IMG/VR virus record: IMGVR_UViG_3300045974_000152
Span: 1 to 43,262 of that record
Direction: 5' to 3' (one strand)
Length of the DNA: 43,262 nt
Origin: a virus
Numbering within the stretch: the stretch's first letter is position 1; the number at the start of each line of letters is the position of its first letter. A program made the translations under genes and the position numbers. Below, piece by piece: positions 25,449 to 32,591 of the stretch. The notes under the pieces are model-generated. The model saw only the letters and a list, made by a program, of their open reading frames with translations, had not been told where the DNA came from and did not search any database.

Positions 25449-26752
25449 TGTCGCGACCCCTTTCCGACGCCGAGATGGTGCAATTAGAAGCGCAGCACAC
25501 TCCTGCACAACGTCCCCTTTCCGACGAGGAAATGGCGGGTCTTGAAGCACAACACGCGCAATCTCCGGAGATGCCTGAGAACCTACTGCATGGTGGGTTG
25601 ATTCGGACGCAAGAAGGCCGCGCTCAACATGCAATCTCCCCAGAGGGGTTACAAGAAACCAACGAACAGGTTTATGGTCAGGGTGGCCTTACACCTGAAA
25701 AGGTCGGGGCCGCCGCTGGTAATGCGTTATCACTTGGACTTCCGGGCATGGGTGGGGTTAAATCTGCTACCTCCGGACTTGCTGAATGGTTAGGCGGTAA
25801 ATTAGGAACTGCGGGTAAAGTAGCCCGTGGTGCTCAAGCTGTGGTGCCCGTTGCAGAAGATGCCGCAATCGCAGCCGCAACTTCTCCCGGAGATCGTGCT
25901 GGGGCTGCCACTCAAGCCGCAGGTACCAGCGCATTAATGCGCGGAATTAGCCCGGTGCTAGGTAAAGCCGGGGACTTTCTTGCTCAGAAGGCCGCCGGAA
26001 TTAAAAATACCCGGGCTGGGCAGGGTAACACCCTTATGGAACAGGGTGTTTGGGGTACTAAAGGGATGCAATCTGGTCAGGTTGCTAAAAAGATCGGTGA
26101 ACGGGGTATTGATTTAGACGCTGCAGTTAACAGTATTACGGATCCAATTTCCGCTAAGAATGTCGTTGATAACCTACGCGCTGAGGCTGCTAAACTTGAA
26201 ATCGGTGGTAACGTCGCTTCTAACGAGCGTGGGTTACATAAACAATACACCGATCTTGCTGACAGTATTGAGAAAATGGGCGCGGGCGAAAATGTCGCTA
26301 TGGTATCCGAAGATTTACATCGTCTCAAACAAGGGCAAGGCGATGTCGCTCATAACGCAAAAACCGGGCTGGTGCCTGACACAGATAAAGCTGCGGCGGC
26401 TAACTTAGCTAAAAAAGAGTCTCGTCAAGCCTTATCGGACGCATACGCTAGCTCCCACCCAGGTCAACCTAATGAATACGAAGTTCAAAACGCCAACTTA
26501 GCAACCTTGTTTGGGGCTAAGCGAGGGTTATCCAATAAAACAGGTCTTGGGGATCTTGCCGAATTAGGCGCTCTAACCGGACTTGGTTACGCTACTGGAG
26601 GGACTGAGGGTGCCGCTAAAGCCGCATTACTTAAGTCCGCTCTTGTTAAGTCTGCCGCTGCTCATGGATCACGTGGATTAAGTAAGGCCGCCGCTGTCGC
26701 TGCTTCCCCAGTTTCTAGAACATTATTTAGAAAAGAAGAAGATTCTAAATAA
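25448..26752 (+). CDS. Internal virion protein candidate (434 aa) with N-terminal tandem repeat
   Basis: RPLSDAEMVQLEAQH and RPLSDEEMAGLEAQH, then Ala/Gly-rich sequence. Confidence 0.45.
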   Translation: MSRPLSDAEMVQLEAQHTPAQRPLSDEEMAGLEAQHAQSPEMPENLLHGGLIRTQEGRAQHAISPEGLQETNEQVYGQGGLTPEKVGAAAGNALSLGLPGMGGVKSATSGLAEWLGGKLGTAGKVARGAQAVVPVAEDAAIAAATSPGDRAGAATQAAGTSALMRGISPVLGKAGDFLAQKAAGIKNTRAGQGNTLMEQGVWGTKGMQSGQVAKKIGERGIDLDAAVNSITDPISAKNVVDNLRAEAAKLEIGGNVASNERGLHKQYTDLADSIEKMGAGENVAMVSEDLHRLKQGQGDVAHNAKTGLVPDTDKAAAANLAKKESRQALSDAYASSHPGQPNEYEVQNANLATLFGAKRGLSNKTGLGDLAELGALTGLGYATGGTEGAAKAALLKSALVKSAAAHGSRGLSKAAAVAASPVSRTLFRKEEDSK

Positions 26753-26772
26753 TTTAAACAATTGGTGCATGG

Positions 26773-26979
26773 ATGCAAGAAATAAGAGATGAGTTAAGGA
26801 AGATTTCTAGGGACGTAGCCGACATTAAAATCAATGTCGCTGTTAACACCGTATCGCTCGAGCACCATATTGCTCGTTCCGACGCATCAGAACGCCGTAT
26901 CGAAAAAATAGAGCATCTACTGATGGGATTAGCCGTTGTCGGTATCCTGGGCGGACTTATCAAGCTCCTGGTCAGTTAA
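26773..26979 (+). CDS. Coiled-coil protein with C-terminal TM anchor (68 aa)
   Basis: LLMGLAVVGILGGLIKLLV tail. Last gene of block A. Confidence 0.5.
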   Translation: MQEIRDELRKISRDVADIKINVAVNTVSLEHHIARSDASERRIEKIEHLLMGLAVVGILGGLIKLLVS

Positions 26980-27138
26980 GTTATTCAGTTCGTCCTCGTG
27001 AGCGATCATAGTATAAAGATCGTCAGTGCGGAGCATAAACCCCTCACTATTTACCGCCACGACCGTGGCTTCTTTACCTGAAAACTTCCAGTACGGACTA
27101 TCGCCCACCTTGAACTTTACTCGATCACCAATTTTCAT
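26929..27138 (-). CDS. Small SH3/KOW-like protein (69 aa)
   Basis: MKIGDRVKFKVGDSPYWKFSGKEATVVAV pattern. ATGA coupling to the upstream gene. Confidence 0.55.
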   Translation of the reverse strand: MKIGDRVKFKVGDSPYWKFSGKEATVVAVNSEGFMLRTDDLYTMIAHEDELNNLTDQELDKSAQDTDNG

Positions 27139-27437
27139 CGTACTACCCTACTCCCTACAAATAAACCAATAGTCGCCCACAGAAACGGGTTTGTCCACAA
27201 GGACGTCCCGCGATCACGCAATTCTGCGTTTTCTTTCCCAAGTCGTTCCATTTCATCCGACCGTAATTTAACCCCTAAATCTGCGAGGTCTAGTTCACGT
27301 GTTTTAGCATTTAACGCTTTATCACACGCGTCGAGCACTACCGCGCACTCAGGACCCGCCGCCTGTACGGTTCTCGTCATACTCGCGTTTAAGAGTAAGA
27401 TAGTCAGCAACAGCGGCTTCAGTATCGGAGTGCGCAT
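27135..27437 (-). CDS. Envelope protein with N-terminal signal peptide and C-terminal TM (100 aa); spanin-like topology
   Basis: ATG at 27437 with AAGGA 8 nt upstream. Signal ILKPLLLTILLLNASMTRTVQA, coiled-coil middle, FLWATIGLFVGS tail. No canonical lipobox. Confidence 0.5.
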   Translation of the reverse strand: MRTPILKPLLLTILLLNASMTRTVQAAGPECAVVLDACDKALNAKTRELDLADLGVKLRSDEMERLGKENAELRDRGTSLWTNPFLWATIGLFVGSRVVR

Positions 27438-27603
27438 ATTCACGGTCCTTATCGTTAAGTTTAATTTCAGTTTTAGCTACCGAGCTAGCAAGCTCCGCTT
27501 CCGCTTTTTCGGTCTTACGAGACTGCCTAAACAGTAAAGCAGTAGCGATACCTGCAATAGCTGCTAGGATCCACAGTACATTAGACTTTACTTTTCCCCA
27601 CAT
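27349..27603 (-). CDS. N-terminal TM + coiled-coil protein (84 aa), i-spanin-like
   Basis: VLWILAAIAGIATALLF followed by charged helix. AGGGAG SD. Its 3' 89 nt overlap the next gene out of frame. Confidence 0.5.
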   Translation of the reverse strand: MWGKVKSNVLWILAAIAGIATALLFRQSRKTEKAEAELASSVAKTEIKLNDKDREYAHSDTEAAVADYLTLKREYDENRTGGGS

Positions 27604-28391
27604 TTTGCTCTCCCTTTCAATGAAGCGCGTTTTTCTTTACTAAAAAGATTGTTCTTAGACCCGGACTCGGAGTGCCACGTTCCACAAGCCTTACATTGAA
27701 GGCGGCGGAATTTACCCGACTTCGAGTAGTTAAACCCACGGTGCTGTTGTTCATTAGATCCACACGTAGGGCATACTGGACGGGTGTCGTCGTTATACAC
27801 CCGGAAATCGTGAGGGTTATGCCATACGATAAGGGTGTTATAAAGCTCCTCAAGGGACAGCACGTCGAGCTTATTATAATCGCGCATTTCGTTGTACGCG
27901 GCTAGGTTACCCGCCATGCACTCTTTCCACATGGAGAAGCCATCGAACTTCTTGTGTTTAGACTTCTTGTACTTAGTGTTAAGCTTGTCGGTTAGGTACT
28001 CGAGCTTGTTGGACGTAAAGCCGAAGCTCTTAGTAGCAAGCTTCTTAGTGTCTATTTGCTTATAAGGCTTCGGAGGTTTGTAGCCGTTAAGAATAAATCG
28101 TGCATTGAGCTTCTTGTGGTCAAAAGCACTACCGTAATGCCAAACAACGATATCCGCCTCATCGAGCAATTTCCAAATGCCTTTAAGGACTCGCTTGTCG
28201 TCCCTCGGCTTATCACCACGAACATCATCATACATGACCTCTTTTTCACCGAGCCATTTAGCCGACCACGAAAGAATGGTCCAATCTTCGGAGATTTGAC
28301 CCAGGGAGATGTTTTGATCAAACAGTCCCCACGTCCAAACTTCTAATGGTAGTGTTTCAATATCGGCAATCAGGATTTTGGGTTTATTCAT
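27588..28391 (-). CDS. DnaQ/RNase H-fold 3'-5' exonuclease with C-terminal zinc ribbon
   Basis: 267 aa. ExoI LIADIET, ExoII HYGSAFDHKKL, ExoIII YNKLDV. CPTCG...CKACG. Confidence 0.65.
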   Translation of the reverse strand: MNKPKILIADIETLPLEVWTWGLFDQNISLGQISEDWTILSWSAKWLGEKEVMYDDVRGDKPRDDKRVLKGIWKLLDEADIVVWHYGSAFDHKKLNARFILNGYKPPKPYKQIDTKKLATKSFGFTSNKLEYLTDKLNTKYKKSKHKKFDGFSMWKECMAGNLAAYNEMRDYNKLDVLSLEELYNTLIVWHNPHDFRVYNDDTRPVCPTCGSNEQQHRGFNYSKSGKFRRLQCKACGTWHSESGSKNNLFSKEKRASLKGRAKCGEK

Positions 28392-28810
28392 TCTAACTCC
28401 TGTTTATAACCGCGTTCTACAAGTAGAAGTTGGATACGTTTAAGTCTGCGTTGCACCGTCATAGTACTTACGTAACCAAACTTTTTAGCAATGTCCCTTA
28501 GAGACAAATTGTGAAAGTATTTAGCTTCAAACAACTCTAAGTCCCATTTATCGAGAATACCGTAGTTTTTAACCCTGTCAAGCATTACTTCTGGGCTATG
28601 TACTGGGAACATGACTTGAAATACACTCATACTAGTACTGGCGGCCACTTCGTCACCTATGTAACGTGTTTTACCGTCGTTCATCTGGGGTAGTAACGCT
28701 TCTAAGTGTTTGCATGGTACGCCGTTACTCATGTCGCAGTTATGGACACAGGCCCATTCTCTTTGCTTGCTCACGGAGCACCTCCAACCCGTCCTGGGTA
28801 TGTATGTCAT
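28388..28810 (-). CDS. Sigma-70 region 4-like HTH protein (candidate transcription factor)
   Basis: 140 aa. LSLRDIAKKFGYVSTMTVQRRLKRIQ resembles sigma r4 / LuxR-type HTH. GAGAAGGA SD precedes the ATG at 28810. An alternative ATG at 28732 would remove the 71-nt overlap with the primase gene. Confidence 0.45.
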   Translation of the reverse strand: MTYIPRTGWRCSVSKQREWACVHNCDMSNGVPCKHLEALLPQMNDGKTRYIGDEVAASTSMSVFQVMFPVHSPEVMLDRVKNYGILDKWDLELFEAKYFHNLSLRDIAKKFGYVSTMTVQRRLKRIQLLLVERGYKQELE

Positions 28811-29453
28811 TGAAATCCTTCTCTACGAGGTGAATCCTCACGTCGTTATGTCCATTAGCCACAAGAAAGCTCTTAGTCTCAATAGCAGCTTGTGCACCTG
28901 CGGCATCAGAGTCCACAATAACGTGTATCGTTGAATATTGCAAGCATTTCTTCAGATTGTCCTTTCCAGTACGGGAATAGAAATCACCCGCCCCACCTGG
29001 GCTAATAACGTCTAAGCACGCCGGTTCAATAGCCGCTAGGGACATAGCGTTAAACTCACCCTCTACAAGAGCTAATCTCGGAAAAGACACGCCAGTCCGC
29101 GCAACAAACCATGGCTTACTATGCCCACTAGGGCCCCGGTATTTACTGCCAGATTCAGCACCATAGATACGACGCTTATAGTAAGAATCATTACCCCATA
29201 CAAGGTAATACCCACGGTCATCTGCATGAAGCGCAAAGCCCCGAATGTCCTGTTTGGGAAGGCTACGGATACTCTCGATTGAAGACGCAATATCTTCTTG
29301 GTAAACTGTTTCAATTCGTTCTCCCGGCGCAAGCCCAAGTTCTGATAGCGGCCCACTCCTACCGCAGCAAAACGAATAGTAGTTATTCGCATACGCTACA
29401 GCTGAGGGTGTCTTCTCCTCGTGGTGCGGACAGTGGTACTTCTTAACCGTCAT
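28740..29453 (-). CDS. DNA primase (CHC2 zinc finger + TOPRIM)
   Basis: 237 aa. CPHHEEKTPSAVAY..FCCGRSG zinc finger. TOPRIM LALVEGEFNAMS and IVDSDAAG. Confidence 0.75.
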   Translation of the reverse strand: MTVKKYHCPHHEEKTPSAVAYANNYYSFCCGRSGPLSELGLAPGERIETVYQEDIASSIESIRSLPKQDIRGFALHADDRGYYLVWGNDSYYKRRIYGAESGSKYRGPSGHSKPWFVARTGVSFPRLALVEGEFNAMSLAAIEPACLDVISPGGAGDFYSRTGKDNLKKCLQYSTIHVIVDSDAAGAQAAIETKSFLVANGHNDVRIHLVEKDFNDIHTQDGLEVLREQAKRMGLCP

Positions 29454-29887
29454 CGGCGATACCTCTCCAAATAATTAACGGCCCGTTGAATAACTACCGG
29501 GTCGTCTGTGAATTGACCTATTGCCATGTTGCATCTTCTACAAAGAAGGGATCGAACTTGACCGCTTAAGTGACAATGATCTACGCACAAAAGACCTATG
29601 TTTCCTGACCTATCCTTATAAGATTCTGGTTTATTACAAATCGCGCATACCCCGTTCTGGTTTTTCAACATAGTAGTGTACTGCTCTAATGATAAACCAT
29701 ACTTGCTTTTTAATAGATACTCTCTTTCTGGGGATCTCCTGCGACCTAAAATCCTAGGCCAATTCTTACGCTTATACTCTTTATTATAGAGATATTTACA
29801 TTGTTTGCATTGAGCTACGGATTTTCCGCGATCTAAATGAAACTCTTCTATAGGTTGTTGAATTTTACAGCGCGTACAGGTTTTCAT
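29450..29887 (-). CDS. Endonuclease VII-like (HNH-type) junction-resolving nuclease
   Basis: 145 aa. CAICNKP...LCVDHCHLSGQVRSLLCRRCNMAIG matches the T4 endo VII family pattern. Confidence 0.7.
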   Translation of the reverse strand: MKTCTRCKIQQPIEEFHLDRGKSVAQCKQCKYLYNKEYKRKNWPRILGRRRSPEREYLLKSKYGLSLEQYTTMLKNQNGVCAICNKPESYKDRSGNIGLLCVDHCHLSGQVRSLLCRRCNMAIGQFTDDPVVIQRAVNYLERYRR

Positions 29888-29889
29888 TT

Positions 29890-30360
29890 CTATTTCCTAT
29901 AACGAAGGTAGAGGAAGGGCATACGGTCCTGCTTCAGGCTTAACACCTGGGCATTTCCTATCCACTCCGAACACTTCTTCATTAGCGATCTAATGACTTT
30001 CTGGGTAGGTAAGGCTAACTCGGACACGGGGGTGAAATGAGTTATCTCTAGCACCTTAGTGGGATTTAGCCCCAGGACGCCGCAAGTACCGTCTTCTAGG
30101 ATGAATGACACCACGACGGATTCGTTAGGCGCTAGGGCGTAATACTTATCAAAACCCGTGGCTCGGGCCTTGTTTTCAAAGCGGATTTCTGAACCCCATC
30201 CTGGGGGTCTACCTACTACGTCGTCCTGGTACGCCTGGCGGGTCTTGACAGCCCCGGAGAGGGGCACCCTTACCACGTCAGACCATCCGTGACGTATGAG
30301 CTCATCCCTGAGCTGTCTCTCGCTCCTAGCGCCTTTATTACGCGAATGTTTACCACCCAT
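29890..30360 (-). CDS. Hjc-like (PD-(D/E)xK) Holliday junction resolvase
   Basis: 156 aa. NKGARSERQLRDELIRHGW..VVRVPLSGA...DDVVG...IRFENK follows the archaeal Hjc pattern KGxxxERxLxxxLxxxGFxVxRxxxSG..D...E.K. Confidence 0.55.
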   Translation of the reverse strand: MGGKHSRNKGARSERQLRDELIRHGWSDVVRVPLSGAVKTRQAYQDDVVGRPPGWGSEIRFENKARATGFDKYYALAPNESVVVSFILEDGTCGVLGLNPTKVLEITHFTPVSELALPTQKVIRSLMKKCSEWIGNAQVLSLKQDRMPFLYLRYRK

Positions 30361-30674
30361 TAAACTCTCCCGTCCGAATGTGCGTCTGGGTAACTCATAA
30401 CCCCGTCATCGTCCTCGTTGCACCGAGCACAAATCCTGTAGTTTGTGGTAAGTTCATCACAAGTGATGCACCTAACCTTACGACGTTCGTACAGCGGGGT
30501 AGCCGGCCCTAGCTCTTCGGTTACGACTGCGGCCTTTAGCTTCTTCCTAGCGCGTAATAGACGCATCCTACGTGCGGTAGTGAAGTTACGGCGTAAGCGT
30601 TTCCGCTCTTGGGCAGTAATACTGGTGTCTTGATCCACCGACTGATTCAGTTCCACACTCGCACTTTTTCGCAT
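30360..30674 (-). CDS. Basic protein with C-terminal zinc ribbon (104 aa)
   Basis: Strong SD AAGGAGAT. CITC...CARC. Confidence 0.6.
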   Translation of the reverse strand: MRKSASVELNQSVDQDTSITAQERKRLRRNFTTARRMRLLRARKKLKAAVVTEELGPATPLYERRKVRCITCDELTTNYRICARCNEDDDGVMSYPDAHSDGRV

Positions 30675-30915
30675 CTAGACTTATCTCCTTAGAAGATCCT
30701 AGTTCAGTCACTCGCCCAGCGTCAACAGAAAAAGAAATACCGGCGTCATTTTTAAGGTAGTAGATCGCTACTGCTTGTAGCTGGGTGTCGATGAACTGTC
30801 CCATATGGCCTGGGTAGAATCCTTCAATGTTACCCCACATATCTACGCGGCGGTAGTCCGCCACAAAGAATACATTACCGGGTAATGATACCTTAATCGT
30901 GTCTCCGTACTTCAT
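30586..30915 (-). CDS. Hypothetical protein (109 aa)
   Basis: ATGA-coupled to the helicase stop. Its last 89 nt overlap the next gene out of frame. Confidence 0.55.
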   Translation of the reverse strand: MKYGDTIKVSLPGNVFFVADYRRVDMWGNIEGFYPGHMGQFIDTQLQAVAIYYLKNDAGISFSVDAGRVTELGSSKEISLDAKKCECGTESVGGSRHQYYCPRAETLTP

Positions 30916-31877
30916 AGTCCCTCATCCCCAGCAAATACATATCTACCACCCTTGAAATCGCAGACCACCTCTTTGCCGGTATACCCAAAGAAACGATCTT
31001 TGTGAACCCTAAACTTAGTGGTTAACGTCTCAAAATCCGGCTCAATCTCGATAGCAAGAAACGAGTGGTTACAGAAGGTCTTATCATTCTGCACTCTCTC
31101 GTACATGGTAGATCCTTCCGCTCCAGGTCCAAGCTGCGCAAAACACACAACCGGAACACCGTGTTTCTTGCCGTAGTCTTTAAGGTAGAGACCAAGCTTT
31201 TTAGAGATTTGAAATGCTTCAAGATCCGGCTGTGCTCGGCTCTGAGTAATACACTGTAAGTAATCGACAAGAACCAAACCCACCTTATCGTGAGCTGCCG
31301 TTTCCAGTACTGACTGCACATCATCGATGTACGACATGTCATATGAACCCTCTTCCACTACTTCGACCCTAGGGATGATTAACCCCATAATGCAATCTTC
31401 TATTCCACGCTCTGTCCGATAATCGAGTTGACCACGGAAGAAATCCTGGTAATTAACCTCGAGAAGAACGCACGCAGTACGCTCGTAGATTGCATCAGAG
31501 GCTTCTTCGTTTGAGATGACGATTGCGCTTTTGTCAGGCACGGAACGCAAGAAACCCGCCAATACATTAGACGCAGTAGTTGATTTTGCTCGTCCTGATT
31601 TGGCTCCCACCACGATAAGTCCCTGACCAAGCCATAATCCGGGCAAGAATGACCTACTGATAAACGGCACTTGATTGAGCCTGATAGCGCGTCGGATTGC
31701 TCTAGCTTCTCGGTATTGCTCTGCTCGTTTAGCGACTGATTTTTGTTCATATACCCTCCCCGTCCTAATTTGCGTAGGAGAGATCTTCTCGAAGGAATTG
31801 ACTGCTTCTAACGGCGACAAGCCCCCGCTCCGTACCATATCGATTAGCCCGGACTTTATTTCTTTTAGTTCTGCCAT
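30912..31877 (-). CDS. DnaB-like (RecA-fold) replicative helicase
   Basis: 321 aa. Deviant Walker A VGAKSGRAKST, Walker B/DnaB motif LVLVDYLQ. Confidence 0.75.
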   Translation of the reverse strand: MAELKEIKSGLIDMVRSGGLSPLEAVNSFEKISPTQIRTGRVYEQKSVAKRAEQYREARAIRRAIRLNQVPFISRSFLPGLWLGQGLIVVGAKSGRAKSTTASNVLAGFLRSVPDKSAIVISNEEASDAIYERTACVLLEVNYQDFFRGQLDYRTERGIEDCIMGLIIPRVEVVEEGSYDMSYIDDVQSVLETAAHDKVGLVLVDYLQCITQSRAQPDLEAFQISKKLGLYLKDYGKKHGVPVVCFAQLGPGAEGSTMYERVQNDKTFCNHSFLAIEIEPDFETLTTKFRVHKDRFFGYTGKEVVCDFKGGRYVFAGDEGL

Positions 31878-32247
31878 AAAGAGTCATGACCTTTCTTGAG
31901 TATTCGTTTCCACTGCCTGTGGAAGAACCACGGTTATAAGCAACGACTGCCCGTTTCCAATCTCCGTAACGGTTATATTGCATCCGGAGGTAAGCCGCTG
32001 CAATGTTTGCATTGGTAATCGGGTTAAAAAGCTCCTTAACGCTAACGCCTGGGCGAAATTGCCAGGCAGTCCTTGTTTGTAACTGACACATTCCGACGCT
32101 ATCACGTCCACCTTTTCCATCCCGCTCCACTACCGCATAAGGGTTTAATTGAGATTCCACTGTGCACAAAGATACTAATAAACCACTAGGTACGCCGTGC
32201 AAAGACTCAGCAAGTCCGATGATGGCGGCTAGTACTGATGGGCTCAT
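31765..32247 (-). CDS. Lytic transglycosylase (SLT domain)
   Basis: 160 aa. Catalytic-Glu motif CTVESQLNPYAV, GMCQL, AYNRG. Confidence 0.75.
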   Translation of the reverse strand: MSPSVLAAIIGLAESLHGVPSGLLVSLCTVESQLNPYAVVERDGKGGRDSVGMCQLQTRTAWQFRPGVSVKELFNPITNANIAAAYLRMQYNRYGDWKRAVVAYNRGSSTGSGNEYSRKVMTLYGRTKRNKVRANRYGTERGLVAVRSSQFLREDLSYAN

Positions 32248-32384
32248 TACGGGGTCATCCTACAAACTATAACGCCTACCAAGTTGATAGGTACAATCCA
32301 GTAGTTGCCAATAACGATATTGATAACTGCCATCCCTAAGTTAGCCCAGAACAAGATCCCCTGAAGCTTTTGCAACTCGCTCAT
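32247..32384 (-). CDS. Membrane micro-protein (45 aa), holin/pinholin candidate
   Basis: Hand translated as MSELQKLQGILFWANLGMAVINIVIGNYWIVPINLVGVIVCRMTP. ATGA with the upstream gene and TAATG with the SLT gene. Confidence 0.5.
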   Translation of the reverse strand: MSELQKLQGILFWANLGMAVINIVIGNYWIVPINLVGVIVCRMTP

Positions 32385-32590
32385 TTGCTACCTCCTTTAA
32401 AAGCACCCGCACCTCTAGGTCTAACGCTAGCTGGACCAGAATCCATTGAATAGCCCCCATGCGCACTAATTTTCTGCTCGATCTTTTCTGAAGAGCAATC
32501 AGGGCACCGAGTGGGCACGTCCGCATCACTTCGTATTAAGTACTCTATCGTAATCCCACAATCCGGACAATGATAATCTCGTAACGGCAT
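32381..32590 (-). CDS. FmdB-family zinc-ribbon protein
   Basis: 69 aa. YHCPDCG...RCPDCSSEKIEQKIS follows the CxxC_CxxC_SSSS pattern. GGGAGGA SD. Confidence 0.6.
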   Translation of the reverse strand: MPLRDYHCPDCGITIEYLIRSDADVPTRCPDCSSEKIEQKISAHGGYSMDSGPASVRPRGAGAFKGGSK

Positions 32591-32591
32591 A

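Noticed and set aside
29433-29454. Another + strand copy (15/22) of the GTGGTAC motif at the primase start
   Set aside because: It lies in coding sequence on the opposite strand (encoding MTVKKYHC of the primase). The match is weak and most likely coincidental.
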